DNA from: Bugula neritina
Taxonomy: Eukaryota; Animalia; Bryozoa
DNA length: 64,000 bases
Direction of reading: 5' to 3'
NCBI GenBank assembly: GCA_964035545.1
Contig: OZ037773.1
Span: forward strand, 3,067,751 to 3,131,750
Below, piece by piece: positions 25,301 through 39,300 of this stretch. How positions within the stretch are numbered: position 1 is the first letter of the stretch; each line of letters opens with the position of its first letter. Both the position numbers and the translations under genes were made by a program. Under the pieces are notes generated by a model. It ran no database searches. It had not been told where the DNA came from and saw only the letters and a list, made by a program, of their open reading frames with translations.

Positions 25301-27499
25301 TCTTTAAATAAACCCCTGTGGAAGGGCAGTTCGAAAGTCTTTCTACAACCAGCTATTAAAGAAAGTGTATTATTAGCTTGCATTAAAAGCCAACAATGCT
25401 CTGTATAGCCTGAAATAATGGCTTGTTGTATGTAATCCTTTCAGTAAAAGCTATTCCTTTTATGCAAAATTTGCTTTATTTGTGCACCTTAAGTAACTTC
25501 TTACGAGTACCTACACCATGCATTGAAATAATTTCTTTGTTCAAATACCCATTGTACACTTAGCTTATAATTTATAGTCAGTATACAGATTATACACTGT
25601 ATACGCTAACGTTTAAGCTATGAGCAAGTTTCAGAATATGGTATCATATTTTCAGGATAGAATAAGTGCATGGCGCAAATTCATGGTTATGTGCTGGTTA
25701 TTTGGAGAAGTTTAGAAGAAATGTTGCCAATTAAAAATATGTTTAACTTTAATATTGCAAATTACCAGATGCCTAAAGTTTTGAAATTTTAGTATTTTGC
25801 ATCAAACTTAGGCAGAAATTTTATGCTCTAACAAAATAACCACATATACCCCACTCTAACATTGCAAACACAGATGTTACCAAGTTGATACATGAATTGT
25901 GCCAGCAGCTTGAACCAAAATATAATATTAATATTATTTGATGGGTGTACATAAATTATGTTGATAACTAAACAATTTTTTAAAAATTGGCTCAAAACTG
26001 TCGGTTTTACACAATTTTTTAAGTACACACAGTATGTGAATCACACCAATAGTGAGTCAAACTGATTTAATAGACTAATTATTCCAATTTGTTGGCAATT
26101 TTTGAGATAAAGTTGAAATGTAATTTTTAATGATTGGCTTGTTTATAAAGTCACAATTTATTTCAATGATGTCAAAATATACAACTTTATTTCATTATCT
26201 CACCGTATAAAATTCCAAAATTTCTATTGAAATCTGCATGCATCTAAAAATAGCTGAGTAACTGATTCTACTAGGGCATTATTTAAATTTACTTATTTGA
26301 ATTTATGTCTTAACCCTTCCCAGATCACAGATACATGTATTATGTCTTTTTAAACTTTTTTATTCACAGGTTAATTGAGCGAGTACGCCCAGTAAATGTA
26401 CAAACGATACCGCCTATGTTAAAGTTTTAGCTTTAGACCAAGTTACTCCAAGATTTATATAAGCAATGTTAAAAACAGTGCATCACACGGCTTTTACGAC
26501 TGTCAGGGTCGATCCTCATTTTGCCATTTCGCGATATTAGCCGCAATAAACAATATATTTTCGTGCGATAACATCGACTGTCTAGGGCGCTACTGTTGAC
26601 GAATCAGAACAAAGAGAGCACATGAGTGCTGTAAACATGTACGTGTTGTTATGGTTACTAATGATGATCTGCTACGTAATTTTTGTAGTAGACAACTCTC
26701 ACAGAAATCATTAATTTGTCTTTTCCTTATTTAGCTAACAACTTTTGCCTAGAAAAGAGAGAAGGCAAGGTGGCTCAAGCGATGCTGTATTTTTTTAGAA
26801 TGTTTTAGCTTAAATTCTGTTTGGTTTATCCTACTAGAATGTTACCTGCTGCAGCATCAACACTATCATTGCAAAACTATATCTACTTATAACAAAATCT
26901 TGATGCCCATAGCAAAATTATATACTTTATTGTGGCGGATGTGCAAGAGTTTGGAGTCATCTCATCAATTACACATAGCAACAGAAGAACACAATATAGA
27001 AATAACAGAAAGCCAAAGACGGTATACCTTTATTTTTAACCAAGAAAGAATTTTGTTAAACATTATATTGTTAAGTTCACCATAAAAAAACTGATTTTAC
27101 AAGTGGTTACATCTTTTCCGAAAATAAAGGTGCCATGAAGCAGCCGAAAATGAAGTCGTCCGCTCACCAGACACCTAAAAAATAATTATGCAACATGATA
27201 TTTTCAAAATTAAACACAGATATGCAACAGTCATCACCTACATAATTTTTTATAAATTTAACAAGCTTGTTTAGTGAAAGTGTATAATACAAACACTAAT
27301 GTTGATAGCGAAAATGCCATGTTCATGCAAGATAGTAAATCAATATAAATAAGAAGTCATATCATATCTATGTTATATATGTATTCAATTCTGGTTTATG
27401 CTTTATGCCTTCAACTATGAGTGCACAACCACTAATCCTATTTCTACCAACACCATCTCTACCGCTAACAGTACTAACGTCAGAACCAAAAACAACTTC

Positions 27500-27712
27500 A
27501 CCACTACTACTAATAATTCTATTATTTTATTATTATTACTTCTACTACTATACTACTGCTACTGCTACTACTACTACTACTAGTGCTACTGCTACTGCTA
27601 CTACTACTTCTACTACTGCTGCTGCTGCTACTACTTCTACTACTGCTACTACTGCTGCTACTACTACTACTGCTACTACTACTACTGCTACTACTACTTT
27701 TACCACTACTAA
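27500..27712. repeat. (CTA/CTG)n trinucleotide repeat
   Basis: Direct triplet array. Confidence 0.9.
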
Positions 27713-30700
27713 TATTGTTTCTACTACAAATACTGTAAATCTTACCAGCAGCAAGTTATATTGGAAACTGTTTGCTCATATTTTTATCATTGTATTAGTG
27801 CAATAACAAAATGTTTATATTTTAATATAGTCAAACCTTTTAAAAAGCTACGCTGCTACTTATGAACTAAGAAGTTGTGCTACCCACCTTGATATGCACT
27901 CAGCTCTAACACCAAGCAGGTGGTTATGATGCTTCTCCACAATAGCCAGGCTATCCAGCTGTCCGATTGTATGCATCTACGTAAAAATTATTGGCATATG
28001 GTGCAAGAAATGATTAAAAACCAGATAGGTGTGCTAGAATTTATACAGCATAATATAGAGTAAGGTAAAAGAGAACAGACCGTCAAGTGGTACAGCATAG
28101 AAACAATTACTAGCTATTATATGCTTTATAGAAGTTGGCAAATTGTAGCCCACTAGATATGAACTTTAGTTAGCATTTTATTTTGGCTTTCAGCAACTGC
28201 TTTAATCACTGATCTTGGTAAAACCAATATGTTTACAAATTAACACCTCCACTAGATAGGTATACAGGTCAAAATATTCCAATTGGTGACATACTAAAAG
28301 AAAATGTATATTTATTCATTTTTAAAAGATTGCTAATAATTTATAAAACAGCGTCGAAATCACTAAAGTAACAGCGCAAATAAGTTTATTAAACAGCATT
28401 ATAGGATTGCCTATTACTAGTTTCATGATTTCTATTATTTTACTGGTTTCAAACATAATATAGGCTGAAAAAGCAATATTAGTTCTCTCACTTTTGCTAA
28501 CTACATTGCTTGGAAGGCCATCATAATTAGATTAGATCAAACAAATGTGTTGACAGGTAGACTGGAACAGGCCTAAAATTTGCAAGGTATAATTTAAATT
28601 TATCTGGCCTGAAATTGCTGAAACTGACAATACAATAATATGAGAAACGAGCAGGGTTTTTTATTAAAGCTAGCAAAAATAATTCCTCTACATATAATTA
28701 ACATACAGTCCATACATATAATATATTACTATGTCCAGGCAGCAGTGCTTGTTCTAGCCAAAAGAAAACTGATTTAATGGCTGATTTTAATGGCCAACAA
28801 GAAATTTATGGCGCACAGTGGCATTGTCATATTTTTAATATTCAAAATTACAGTTCTAATCTATCAATCATTTTATCAATACTACTATACTATAATCTAC
28901 TCCTGCTGCTGCTGCTGCTGGTTCTACCACTGCTACCATACTGTTGAGTAATGCAAGCTAAGTAATTTAAATTACAATTAAAAAAATTATCGGACTTTCT
29001 TTTCTATTACCTGTCTAGTTTAGCATTTCTTTCATCATAGCTTGCCATATTAACTTGAAAATTCACAGGGTTTGAGTTAGACCTATGGAATATACTTACA
29101 AGTAGAATGAACCCACAGTTCTGCAATATATCATAAAAACATTCAAAATAAAACTATAGGAAAACCAAGTAAATGCTTCTAAGTATTAGCGCAAGTAAAG
29201 ATGCTATGCAATCTATCCAACATGCAGCCAAATGTCTCAAAATAGGCTTCAGAGTTATAAATATAAAATGTTTCCAAATCAAGGCTAGCAACACTTCTGT
29301 TGTTGTGATAGCAAATTTTGCTTAATAAAGTAAGGAAACCAGCTTCCCTTGCATGACTCAATTTCTATTAAAGAAAAATTATACTCTCCTATAATCGCTG
29401 AAACACAGGCCTGTCACAAGTACATGAATGGTAAATTTAGATGTTTTCCTAAAACCATCATCAAAACAGTAAACACACTGCAAAATATTTATTTTTACTT
29501 TTTCTGCTCAAACATTTAAATGGGCTCTGCAGGATATGACAAATACCAAAATAATTCGGCTTTGTGAACTAGCAAATATGGACAAACAAACACCCTAATA
29601 TTCACGCCAAAAGAAAAGTCTACGCAGTTGGTGTTCTCAGCATTCTTCCTTGTGAATCAAAAACATGGGCAACATGTGGACTGCAAGAATCAAAGCTCAG
29701 CACTTTTCATACCTGGAGTTTAAGATGCATGTTGAGTAAAATCTGGGAAGATAAAATGATAAATGAAGATGTATTTGAAATCACAGACCCGGATTCTCTT
29801 TCTTCAAAACTGAATTTCTTCTGTCTTCACTGGGCTGGTCAACATGCCAAAGTATCTCATCCGCCGCACTCGATTGCATGCATTAATATCAAAAGGAACT
29901 CATCCAGCTAGAAGAACTTATATCTAAGGTTTGAGGATGTCCTGAAACAAGAGCTTAAGGAATTTTACATAAAATCCAATCAATTTACCACCTCTCAAAT
30001 GGAGGCAAAGCATTCTTGCAGGATGGGCATTCAACACTGGAAACAATATAAAGGGAGCTATGGCTAGATGTTCAAGACATGAATGCTAAGGGTGTCATGT
30101 ATATGATCACTGAGATATTTATGACAATCTCTCAATATACCTTAGCATATTAAATATGCTTGTAGTTATAGCTATTACTATAGTTGTTATATATGCTACT
30201 AACTAACAAGCAATAACCGTATTACAAACATAGGTGAATAAGAAAAATAATTCAACAGTGGTGATATCAGTATAGGTATTATAATTTAGCAATTGGCATA
30301 CAAATTAAAAATGATGAATATAATGATGGTTAAAGTTATTAGATACCTAAACTTATACCTATATTAATTAAAACAGTGACTTGTTGAAAAATAAATAAAT
30401 TAATATTCATTAAAACTTTATTAAATTAAAAGATAATGTTGAAGTAAAATGAACAGTTAAAATTAATTTATTCACAATAATTTTAACTTTTTATGATCAA
30501 CCTTAAAATAAAAACTCAAGTATTTGTAGCAAAGTTTTGAATAAAGTTGGATTTTGCAACGGTTTGAGATACTTTCACTAGCACTATGTGCATAACTGTA
30601 TAAGTTTTATCATATTAATACAGTTACATACTCATACTCAAATATATAGTAACATTTTCAATAAATCAGGTATTGGTATTGAGATTGCGTTGGTCGAGAT

Positions 30701-33700
30701 AACATCATGGTTACTCACTTATGGTTGTATACTTTAGCTTATACTTTTAGTTACATGTACTACTGCCCTATTATTAAACTTAATCTTAGTCTGTCATCAC
30801 TTAGAAAACATAGTTCAGTCTTGAGGCAAATCAGTTTGAGTGTCGTTAGTTTCATTACCACTAATCATTAGATTTAGTCAGTGTACTTAAAATTTATTGA
30901 TCAATATTACCATCAAATTTAAGTGACTATTATTATGAATACTATATCTATCAAATATCAAAAACTGCAAGCTTAATAAGTATGATTAAGAAAATCACAG
31001 CCAACATGGCGATGATTGAATTGTATGCTCGTGCTATTGAGATTCCTAACATAAAGGTTAACCTTACATAATGATTAGATAACAATCATATTCAATTTTT
31101 CATTACTGTCATTTGTTAGGAAAAGCATCCAGTCATAATTACTCCTATGCTCCAACCAAATAATTGCTTAGCCCCATTTAACAAAAAACCTTTCCCATCA
31201 GGGGTTTCTCACAGGGATGCCAACTATAAACTTGCACAAGTTTTATTTAATAGTAAATTAATTTACTTATATAAAAATTATTACATTCACAGTGATACAT
31301 TGATGGTCATAATGTTTTATATATCAATATCATCATTATGATACAATTATCACTATTACTATATGATATCTTATCAATAAAATTTCATAAAGTTCATGAA
31401 AAACATTAAATATAACAATTTAATTAAAACTAAATCACTGCCAAAGGGCAAGGTAAAGTCAAAATTAAATAAGCTATAGGGTGTAGGCTATAAGTGTAAG
31501 TATAATTATCACTATAAAACTAAGTGACTGATGAGTTGGTACTTGGTAGAATAAACATAAAATGAACATAAACAATCATAAACTAAAACACCATTACATA
31601 TATGATTTATGACCCTTTGGTTTCTATTTTTAATTTTAGCTTTACCTTGTCTTTTGGCATTGGTTATAGTATTAGTTTAGGTTACACCACTATCAGTTAC
31701 TATGACTATGAGTATGAGTGAGTAGCCTTGCCCGTAGAACTAGGAGTAAGAGTAGATCACTAGAAGTAGAAGTATGGGTATCGGGGTGTGACTATAAGTA
31801 TAACTCATAGTCATAGTATGATTATCTTACTGAAAGTGATACTCATAAACCTCAAGTGATAATCATAATGATACTCAGCATGACATGTAAGGTGTATGAT
31901 AGTCAGTCTCGGTTATACAGAGTAGAATATCAAACTTTAAGTTTAACTGCTACTTTGAAGTAGGACTTAGACATCACCATTTATGGGTATGTCATGCCGT
32001 CATAGACTATAGACATAGTATAAGGTTCTAATACTATAAGTATAACTATTACTACTATAAGTATAAGTCTTTAAGTTTAAGTATAACTATATTTACTATT
32101 GATTAATTTCGATTTGATACTATTACTATTACTATTAGTAATACTGTATTAGTATTAGTATTACACTTTACAGTATTACTATTAGTATTAGTTGATCCCA
32201 TACTGATAGTGATACTCATACCACTACCATTATGATTATGATTAAGAGTACTACAGTGAGTTATACTCACAGCTATACTGATTACTAATTTAAGATCACT
32301 CTAATCAGTAACTGTTATCACTAAGTATTAGTGGATTATTTATCATTTTATGATTTTATCATAGTCATAGTGAAACTGATTGAGTAATACTTATAGTTAT
32401 AGCTATATTCATATTGGTAGTGATACTGATAGTGATGCTGATAGACTTAGACTTAGAGTGTGAGTCAGAGTGAGAGCGATATTCATGTTTATAAATATGA
32501 TTATAACTAAGACTAAGAGTAAGAGCAAATGTAAAGTCTAATCGTGACATTATAACTATTACCATTAGTGCATTCGTATTACTATTAGTATTAGTATTAC
32601 TAATTATTAATCTATTTTCCAATAATAACCATGCATATGCCCTAGCCTATAACTATAAGTTTGAGCACGCCTATGGTATTCAAAATTGAAATTGAATCTT
32701 TGGGTCATTTGACCAAAGGAGCCGCGGACTCAATTAGGCATTGGACCTTGGGGGCGATTCTAGTGTTCAAGTAGAACCGATATTCGGTCAAAACAGGTCT
32801 GGTCTATCATGGTGGCCAGTAATTTATCTGCGCAAATTTACTCGACTCTTGTGTTCATAATAAACTCGGCCTGACTACTCCGCAAATGGGGCGATAATCA
32901 TAAATTTCATAATAATATATTATTAGAGACTAATTTAGTATGTATACACATGTCGGTAATTACAATCTAGTTCCATTCTTCAGGAAAACCCATTACGGAT
33001 CAGGTTGGTACTATTGCTATTAGGTTGAGAATATTATTAGTAAAACAATCACAATGTGCTCATTTTTGATATAAATTATTATTACTACTAGTACAGTAGT
33101 AGTACTAGTAGTAGTAGTACTCTAGTTACTAGTACTAGTAGTAGTAGTACTAGTAGGCCCACTAGTAGTTATGGTGTCTAATACCTTGATTGAGAACTGT
33201 GAAAATCATTAGATTTAGTGATAACAGACTACCACTGTAAGTCTGTAAGTGCTTTAGTACTAGATGTACCACAAGTATCAATGCTTTAGGTTTTTATGGT
33301 GTTAAATACTCATTTTTTACAGTGATTGTTATTTTATTGGTACGTGTTCTGTTACTTGTGAGTATTGTTACAATTCCAAATGAATAAGCCATTTTAAGTA
33401 AATACTCTTATACGGTGTGAATATTGATATGAATTATATGTTTCACATTTACCGCTATAGTTTTATCAGTATGATATACATTTTTTTAATAATAATGATC
33501 ATAAAACATCATCATTAAAAGTGTAAAGTTTTACTCCACTTTTTGGGACCAGTTGCTGCTTCTGGTAGCATAGGTAGAGTCTTTGCTCATTTATCCTAAC
33601 ACACTAAGGTTTGAGTTTTATCTTTATTGCAACATCCAAAAACCTTTGCCGACCTTGTTCTTACAATCAACTATGAAACCTTGTGAGTCTATGCCTAGTA

Positions 33701-34510
33701 GATGCATTACTGATAAATAACTAATAATATCTGCTTGTTATATGGGGAAGAATTTTTTGCATAGTAATTTTTCTCGTGTTTGTATTTTGATTTTTCTAAT
33801 GTCAATATACTTAAGAAATATCCTGGAAAGCATTTTTTGCCAGTTCATTTCTTCTCTTTATTTCTTGTTCATTTTAACCATGCAATATCAGTTATTAACT
33901 CTCCAAGGTATACTGTTTTAATTATTCGTTGCTCTGGTGTAGCATCTAGGATGGTGTTGATATTAAGTGTGGTGCAGACTTTTTGAAAATCATGGCTTTT
34001 GTTTTAAAACCTTTCTTATCCATATCACAAAGTTTTCTTGCTTGTTTACCGCAATGAGTCTTAATCTAAATAAAAAAGCAATATTTGATCAATTAAATTT
34101 TCAATCTGAAATTGGTTTTCAAACTGCTTTTGCCATTTAGTGTTCTTTTGCTGATGCTATATTAATGTGATTTTAAAAGGGAGTTTGCTGCGTTATTAGA
34201 TGTACTTATAATATGGGTATTTAAGTTCAATGGGAATATAAATATCCTTTTCATTATTGAAATGTTCACAATGACAACTCTGTTCATATGAGCTGCTGAC
34301 TACAACTTAAAAGTTATCTGTTTGGAATGATTTTTATAGACTCTTGATAATGATTGCGTATGATTTACAATACAATACTATTTACCAACTATTGTTCGAT
34401 GGTCACATGTCTTGTTTTATTTTTTCATCTTTTTTGTTTTCAATATGAGCAAACAAATAAGAATTGTATGGGTACGTTAAATTATTATTTAATTTTTCAG
34501 AATATTTCAG

Positions 34511-35366
34511 TTGGTGACCACTGTGGAGGAATTGAATGGAAAGCTGCAAAGACGGTTTCAGGCACTTATATGTAAGGCATTGGATATGGAGAGAGGGAGA
34601 TCTGTGCTTATCCTTATATAATGCAAGTAAGTTAATTAATGTATTGCTGGCTTTTATTTATATGCATATAAAGTTTGTTTAGTGACTATTTGTGCTTGAA
34701 ATTATTTGCAAAATTTAATTTGTCCTCTGCTTATAAAAATCTATTCAGAACTTTTTGCCTGTAGAATCTTCAACGTTTTAATTATATTTTTTTGGAGTTT
34801 TAGAAACAATTTCTTGGTACACAATCTGTTGCTACCAATGTAAGGTGACGGTACTTCTCTTGACTTCTAAAATGCAAGCAAAGCTTGTTTCCTCTCACGA
34901 TTACTTTTTGAGTGTGATGTTCGCTAAGGCACACATTTGAACATGTCAGTTACTACACTTTAATAGATGTTTTAGTATTAGATATATTTTAGTTTTAGGT
35001 AACATGAAATATTGAAAATAATGTATGCGAATCTGGTGAATGTTTAGACTTCAACTACCCCTATGCAAATGCAGGTTTAAACCATATAATCAAACTAAAA
35101 ATCAATTATTTTTCTTTATATTTGATTTCTAGTTTTTTAGGTGAGAACTTGTTTTGTTTTGTTAAAAATTGTGGTTGGAAAATATCCTTATTCACCAGGC
35201 CACAGCTGCAACATTTACACTGCATGTCATCGTGATTTATGATTGAAGGCTAAGTGCAGTGGTAGAGTGTGGCAAGGCATAGGTCTAAGTACTGAAGAGA
35301 CCACGGAGCAGAAAAATATTTATATCTCAAGATGTGGCTTGATTACACAGCATATGAATTATGATG
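34511..35366 (+). pseudogene. KDZ (Kyakuja-Dileera-Zisupton) transposase pseudogene, spliced
   Basis: Exon-like blocks 34511-34626 (HCGGIEWKAAK...KALDM.RG/EICAYPYIMQ, frameshifted), 34804-34950 (FLSVMFAKAHI*TCQ) and 35249-35366 (KCSGRVWQGIGLSTEETTEQKNIYISRCGLITQHM). These match the Zisupton-type motifs LNM.RGE..AYP, FLSVMHAKAH and G...GEE.EQ.NS..SR. Confidence 0.8.
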
Positions 35367-36396
35367 GTAACAAAATATATGCCTTTCAACTTTAAAGTTT
35401 TTTTAAGCTTGCATTAATCTTATTCAAGATAGTATCTGTCCAAGCATTTAACAGCACATTGTATAAGGTTTTGCAAATGTTATTTAACTTTGTTTACTAC
35501 TTGTTTTTTGCTATTTTCAACAACTCGAACATGCCGCCAGTTTTTGTAATTTTCAAACAAGAAATTTCACAAACTCCATCAAATTGATTCAAATAGATGT
35601 TATATGCACTATGCAGTTACAAAAGAATATTTTATTAACTAATTATGAGTCATAGTGTGTTGTAAAAATCTAAAACTTAACTATGTATTATTATGTCTCG
35701 TAAGACTATTTTTCAAAAAATTCCAAAGGGTTTTATTTATATATAACTCAAAGCCTGAAAGTTTTTTTTTGTCCAAAGTTCTTATTGTGACAATTAAAAG
35801 TCGCATCATAGTTTTTATTCTGTTGAATTACTTCATCACCCTTCGAAATTATTTCTTTCACTATGATTATTATAGTTGCTACCTATGATTACCTAATTCA
35901 ACATATATTCTTATTGTTATCAATTTTTTTTCATAACTGTCTTAATTCCATTTTCAAAAACGTATTTAAAAATGATATTAGCAAGTTGAATAGTTAGTTA
36001 AATGTGGCTTCAGATGCCATACGTGCATACATTGTCACTTTTTACATAGGCAATCATTGTATTTCCTAAATTAATTATTTCTTTTTAGTTTAAAATGAAC
36101 TACTCGATGGCTGTTGTGGTGAAGCTGAAAAATGCTGACATAGAAGATGTAATGGAAAGACTTTGTTTTGCTTGTCCAGGTAAATCATTTGTACAAAATT
36201 AAAAGTCTATTATGATAACAGATGATCTAAAAATAAATTGCATATCTTAAGGCTTAGTGGTAATATAATATACTTTGAGCACAAATTTAAATGATTAAAA
36301 AGCCCTGCATTGCTTACCTAGTATATTATCTCTTTACACATATTAGAAAAAGAAGTCATCATAATTTTTTTACTACAGAACATAGTCAAATTATTA

Positions 36397-39300
36397 CATT
36401 TACTTTTACATGAATAATCAGTTTCTCAGTTTTTTTCTTTATCTTCATGAACAAGCATTAACTTTGAAGACCTAAAAATAATGCACACAATTTTGAGGTA
36501 TTTTTCTTCTTAAGTGTTTAAAATGTTTGACAGTTGGAAGAATATTTGGACATGATGTCAGTATGTTTCCTAGTTTTTCATATGGTTGAACTTGATTTTT
36601 GTCATTCTCCTATACTCCTCAAGTGTGGAGTCCTGAATGTACACTTTTACTACGCTATTGTTCAGGGTTGTTTTAATTTTACTCTGTTACTTTACTATAT
36701 TTTAATCAACAAACCCCTAATTTATATTGATGGTATTTATGGTTATATTTTAGTCAAGCTGACCTAACACTTGTTCAGTTCAGGCTCATCAATGTATGTT
36801 TGGTTTAGAAAATTAAACTGCAATGTGAAGTATTCAGACTAGTTACTTAACTAAAAAATGCACTAAATGCAAGGAAATATTATGTTAATATTTGTTACCA
36901 TAGTTCATTTCAAACTCATACATGTGATCAACAAAATACTTCATTTTGTTTTGCAGTGTAATCAAGATGAAATTATGAATGATGAAATTATGGATGGCAG
37001 CCAATTTATTTTGACTATCAGACAAGGACTACAGTTTTTATGGTAATTTCAATTTTTGAATATATCTCTTATATTATACATAAAATGTTCACCTTCTGCT
37101 TTAATTTGCAGCCAGGTTTTACTCATGGCTGCTGTATTCAAGTCACCTCATCACACAGCCAATCTACAAGACTGTCATAAAAGTTGCTATTATATTTTTT
37201 CACCAATTAATTAAAAGAAATAGAACTTCGGCTTCACAAGTGGTGTCACTCTCATACTCATTGTTTTACTTAATTTTGCCATCCTCCTATTCTTCACTGT
37301 ATTCTTTTAGGTCGCAGTGTTCTGCACTAATCTATGATCTCTTTTGATTTTTAACCCCCATGTTTAAATGTTTTGGTCTTGCTCCCTTTTTCTGGAGTTT
37401 CACACTGATGTAGCTGATTCCCTTCTTGTTTTATTGTTCTCTGCTGCATAGGTGCCCATATTATTCCAGCCTTCTCTTTCCCACAAATATAGTTACTGCA
37501 TTTACTGCCGCCCTGTCTCAGATCCCTTCATTTCTGGGAACGAAGCAATATTCCGAAGGCCCATTGCTCCGAAGGTCCATTAGTCCGAAAATTAGTACAC
37601 ACAGGCATCCTCACTGAGAATATCATTAATATCACTCACAATTCAGTTTAAGTTCTTGCTATATTATTGATCTGTGGGTGGCATGCGTGTTGCCTATTTG
37701 TGATTGTTTAGCCTGAGATTACACTATGATCAATAAGGGCTGTATCGTTTATCAACATTCCATTATGGCTGCTCCATAAACAAAGTACACACCAAGCTAT
37801 TCATTAGCCTGTCACCTCGCAAGCCTGTAATTAATAATGTACCGTACGCATAATCATGTTGATAGATGATGTAGCAAGTAGGCAACACACATGCCACCCA
37901 CAGAGCAATAACATAGCTAGAACTTAAACTGAATTGTGAGTGAAATTAATGATATTCTCATTGAGGATGCCTGTGTGTACTAATTTTCGGACTAATGGAC
38001 CTTCGGAGCAGTGGGCATTCAGAATATTGACTAGTTACCCTCATTGCTTATGTAGCACAACTCATCTCCATGAAACCTAATTGATCCTCTAGGTACTAAG
38101 AACTAGGGGCTGTCTGCAGTCATAATTTATTGCCAAAAGACATTGTCAGTCAAATGCACATTTTATATCAGCATTTTCAATTTTGTTGGCGTCTTCTTGA
38201 TGGAGCCTTACCCTATTTCTTTTTCTACCCCTGTTTTGCATACTCTGTTGCTATGTGTCACTTCAATGAAACCATCGCCTCAACTTATTTAGTTTGACTG
38301 TTGAAATATATTTTGCTTTTACAGGTCTAAAAGAAAGTGGCCATTTGAGTTTAAGTGCAGCTTCACTATTGACAAGAACATCTACGTTAGAGAAGAAAAG
38401 CATCTAGCTATATAATCAAGATGATTTGCATCCTGATTGTTACGATACCGCATGGTTCTGTTGTCATACTATTGTTCTTTCATACCTTTGTACTTTTTAT
38501 TGTAAAGAGCTAGGCTTGAGCTCTGTAATAGGCAAGCCTACAATATATATTGACTGACAACAAATATGTCATCTCTCTCCCACATAATCGCAAGGAGTTA
38601 CATTCTAGTATTGGTTCTAAAAACTCACACCTTAGTAATTAGATGCATAGCACAAAGTCTTAGCAATAGGGAGTATTGGTAAATTTTCCACATGAGTGGT
38701 GAGAAAATAACACTAACTTGAGACCTTTCTAAAACTCAACATTGCATTGCAAATAAGCTATACTTATTGTGCTTTATTCAGTGCTAGCTGGTATTTTTCA
38801 GACTGTTGGCCACAGCAAAGTATTTTGCCTTTTTTTGTACACATAGCCTAATGGTTGATTTAAGAAAATTGGAAGCTGCAGCCTACATGCACTGCAATTC
38901 ATCATTCTCATTCCGAAATGGATTTCTCATCACCTCATGGAACTAATTACATAACGAAGGAAACCACAACTGATGAGTTACTGCAACTACAAATTCACAA
39001 AATGCTCAGTCATAGAAGCGAAGTACACTGCGTTTCCATTATCGCATTATGCGAATGGATTTTTTCATTCGGCTAATGGGAACAGTTACATCCGATGAAA
39101 CGCAACTATAAGTTAATGCAAACCACAAACCGCAAATAATCCGTACAGAATTCATTCGCATTATGCGAAGTCATGGAAACGCAGTGATAAAGAAGTCAAT
39201 GTCAGCCCTGGTGAATATTTACCTAAAAGGCAACAAACAAATTTTACTGCACCATTTCAACAAGTTAAGATATAAAACGCCTATTCTTTTAATTTGATTG

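Noticed and set aside
27398-27806. Thr/Ala-rich mucin-like ORF and its antisense Val-rich ORF
   Set aside because: Trinucleotide repeat with no convincing splice or domain context.
29160-30130. Coding-like, less AT-rich stretch with short ORFs on both strands
   Set aside because: Multiple stops in all frames read and no recognisable motif; possibly decayed cargo, but no call can be supported without BLASTx.
30600-33200. Hexamer-biased low-complexity region with local inverted repeats and ORF 32365-32622
   Set aside because: Degenerate simple sequence; no defined termini or product.
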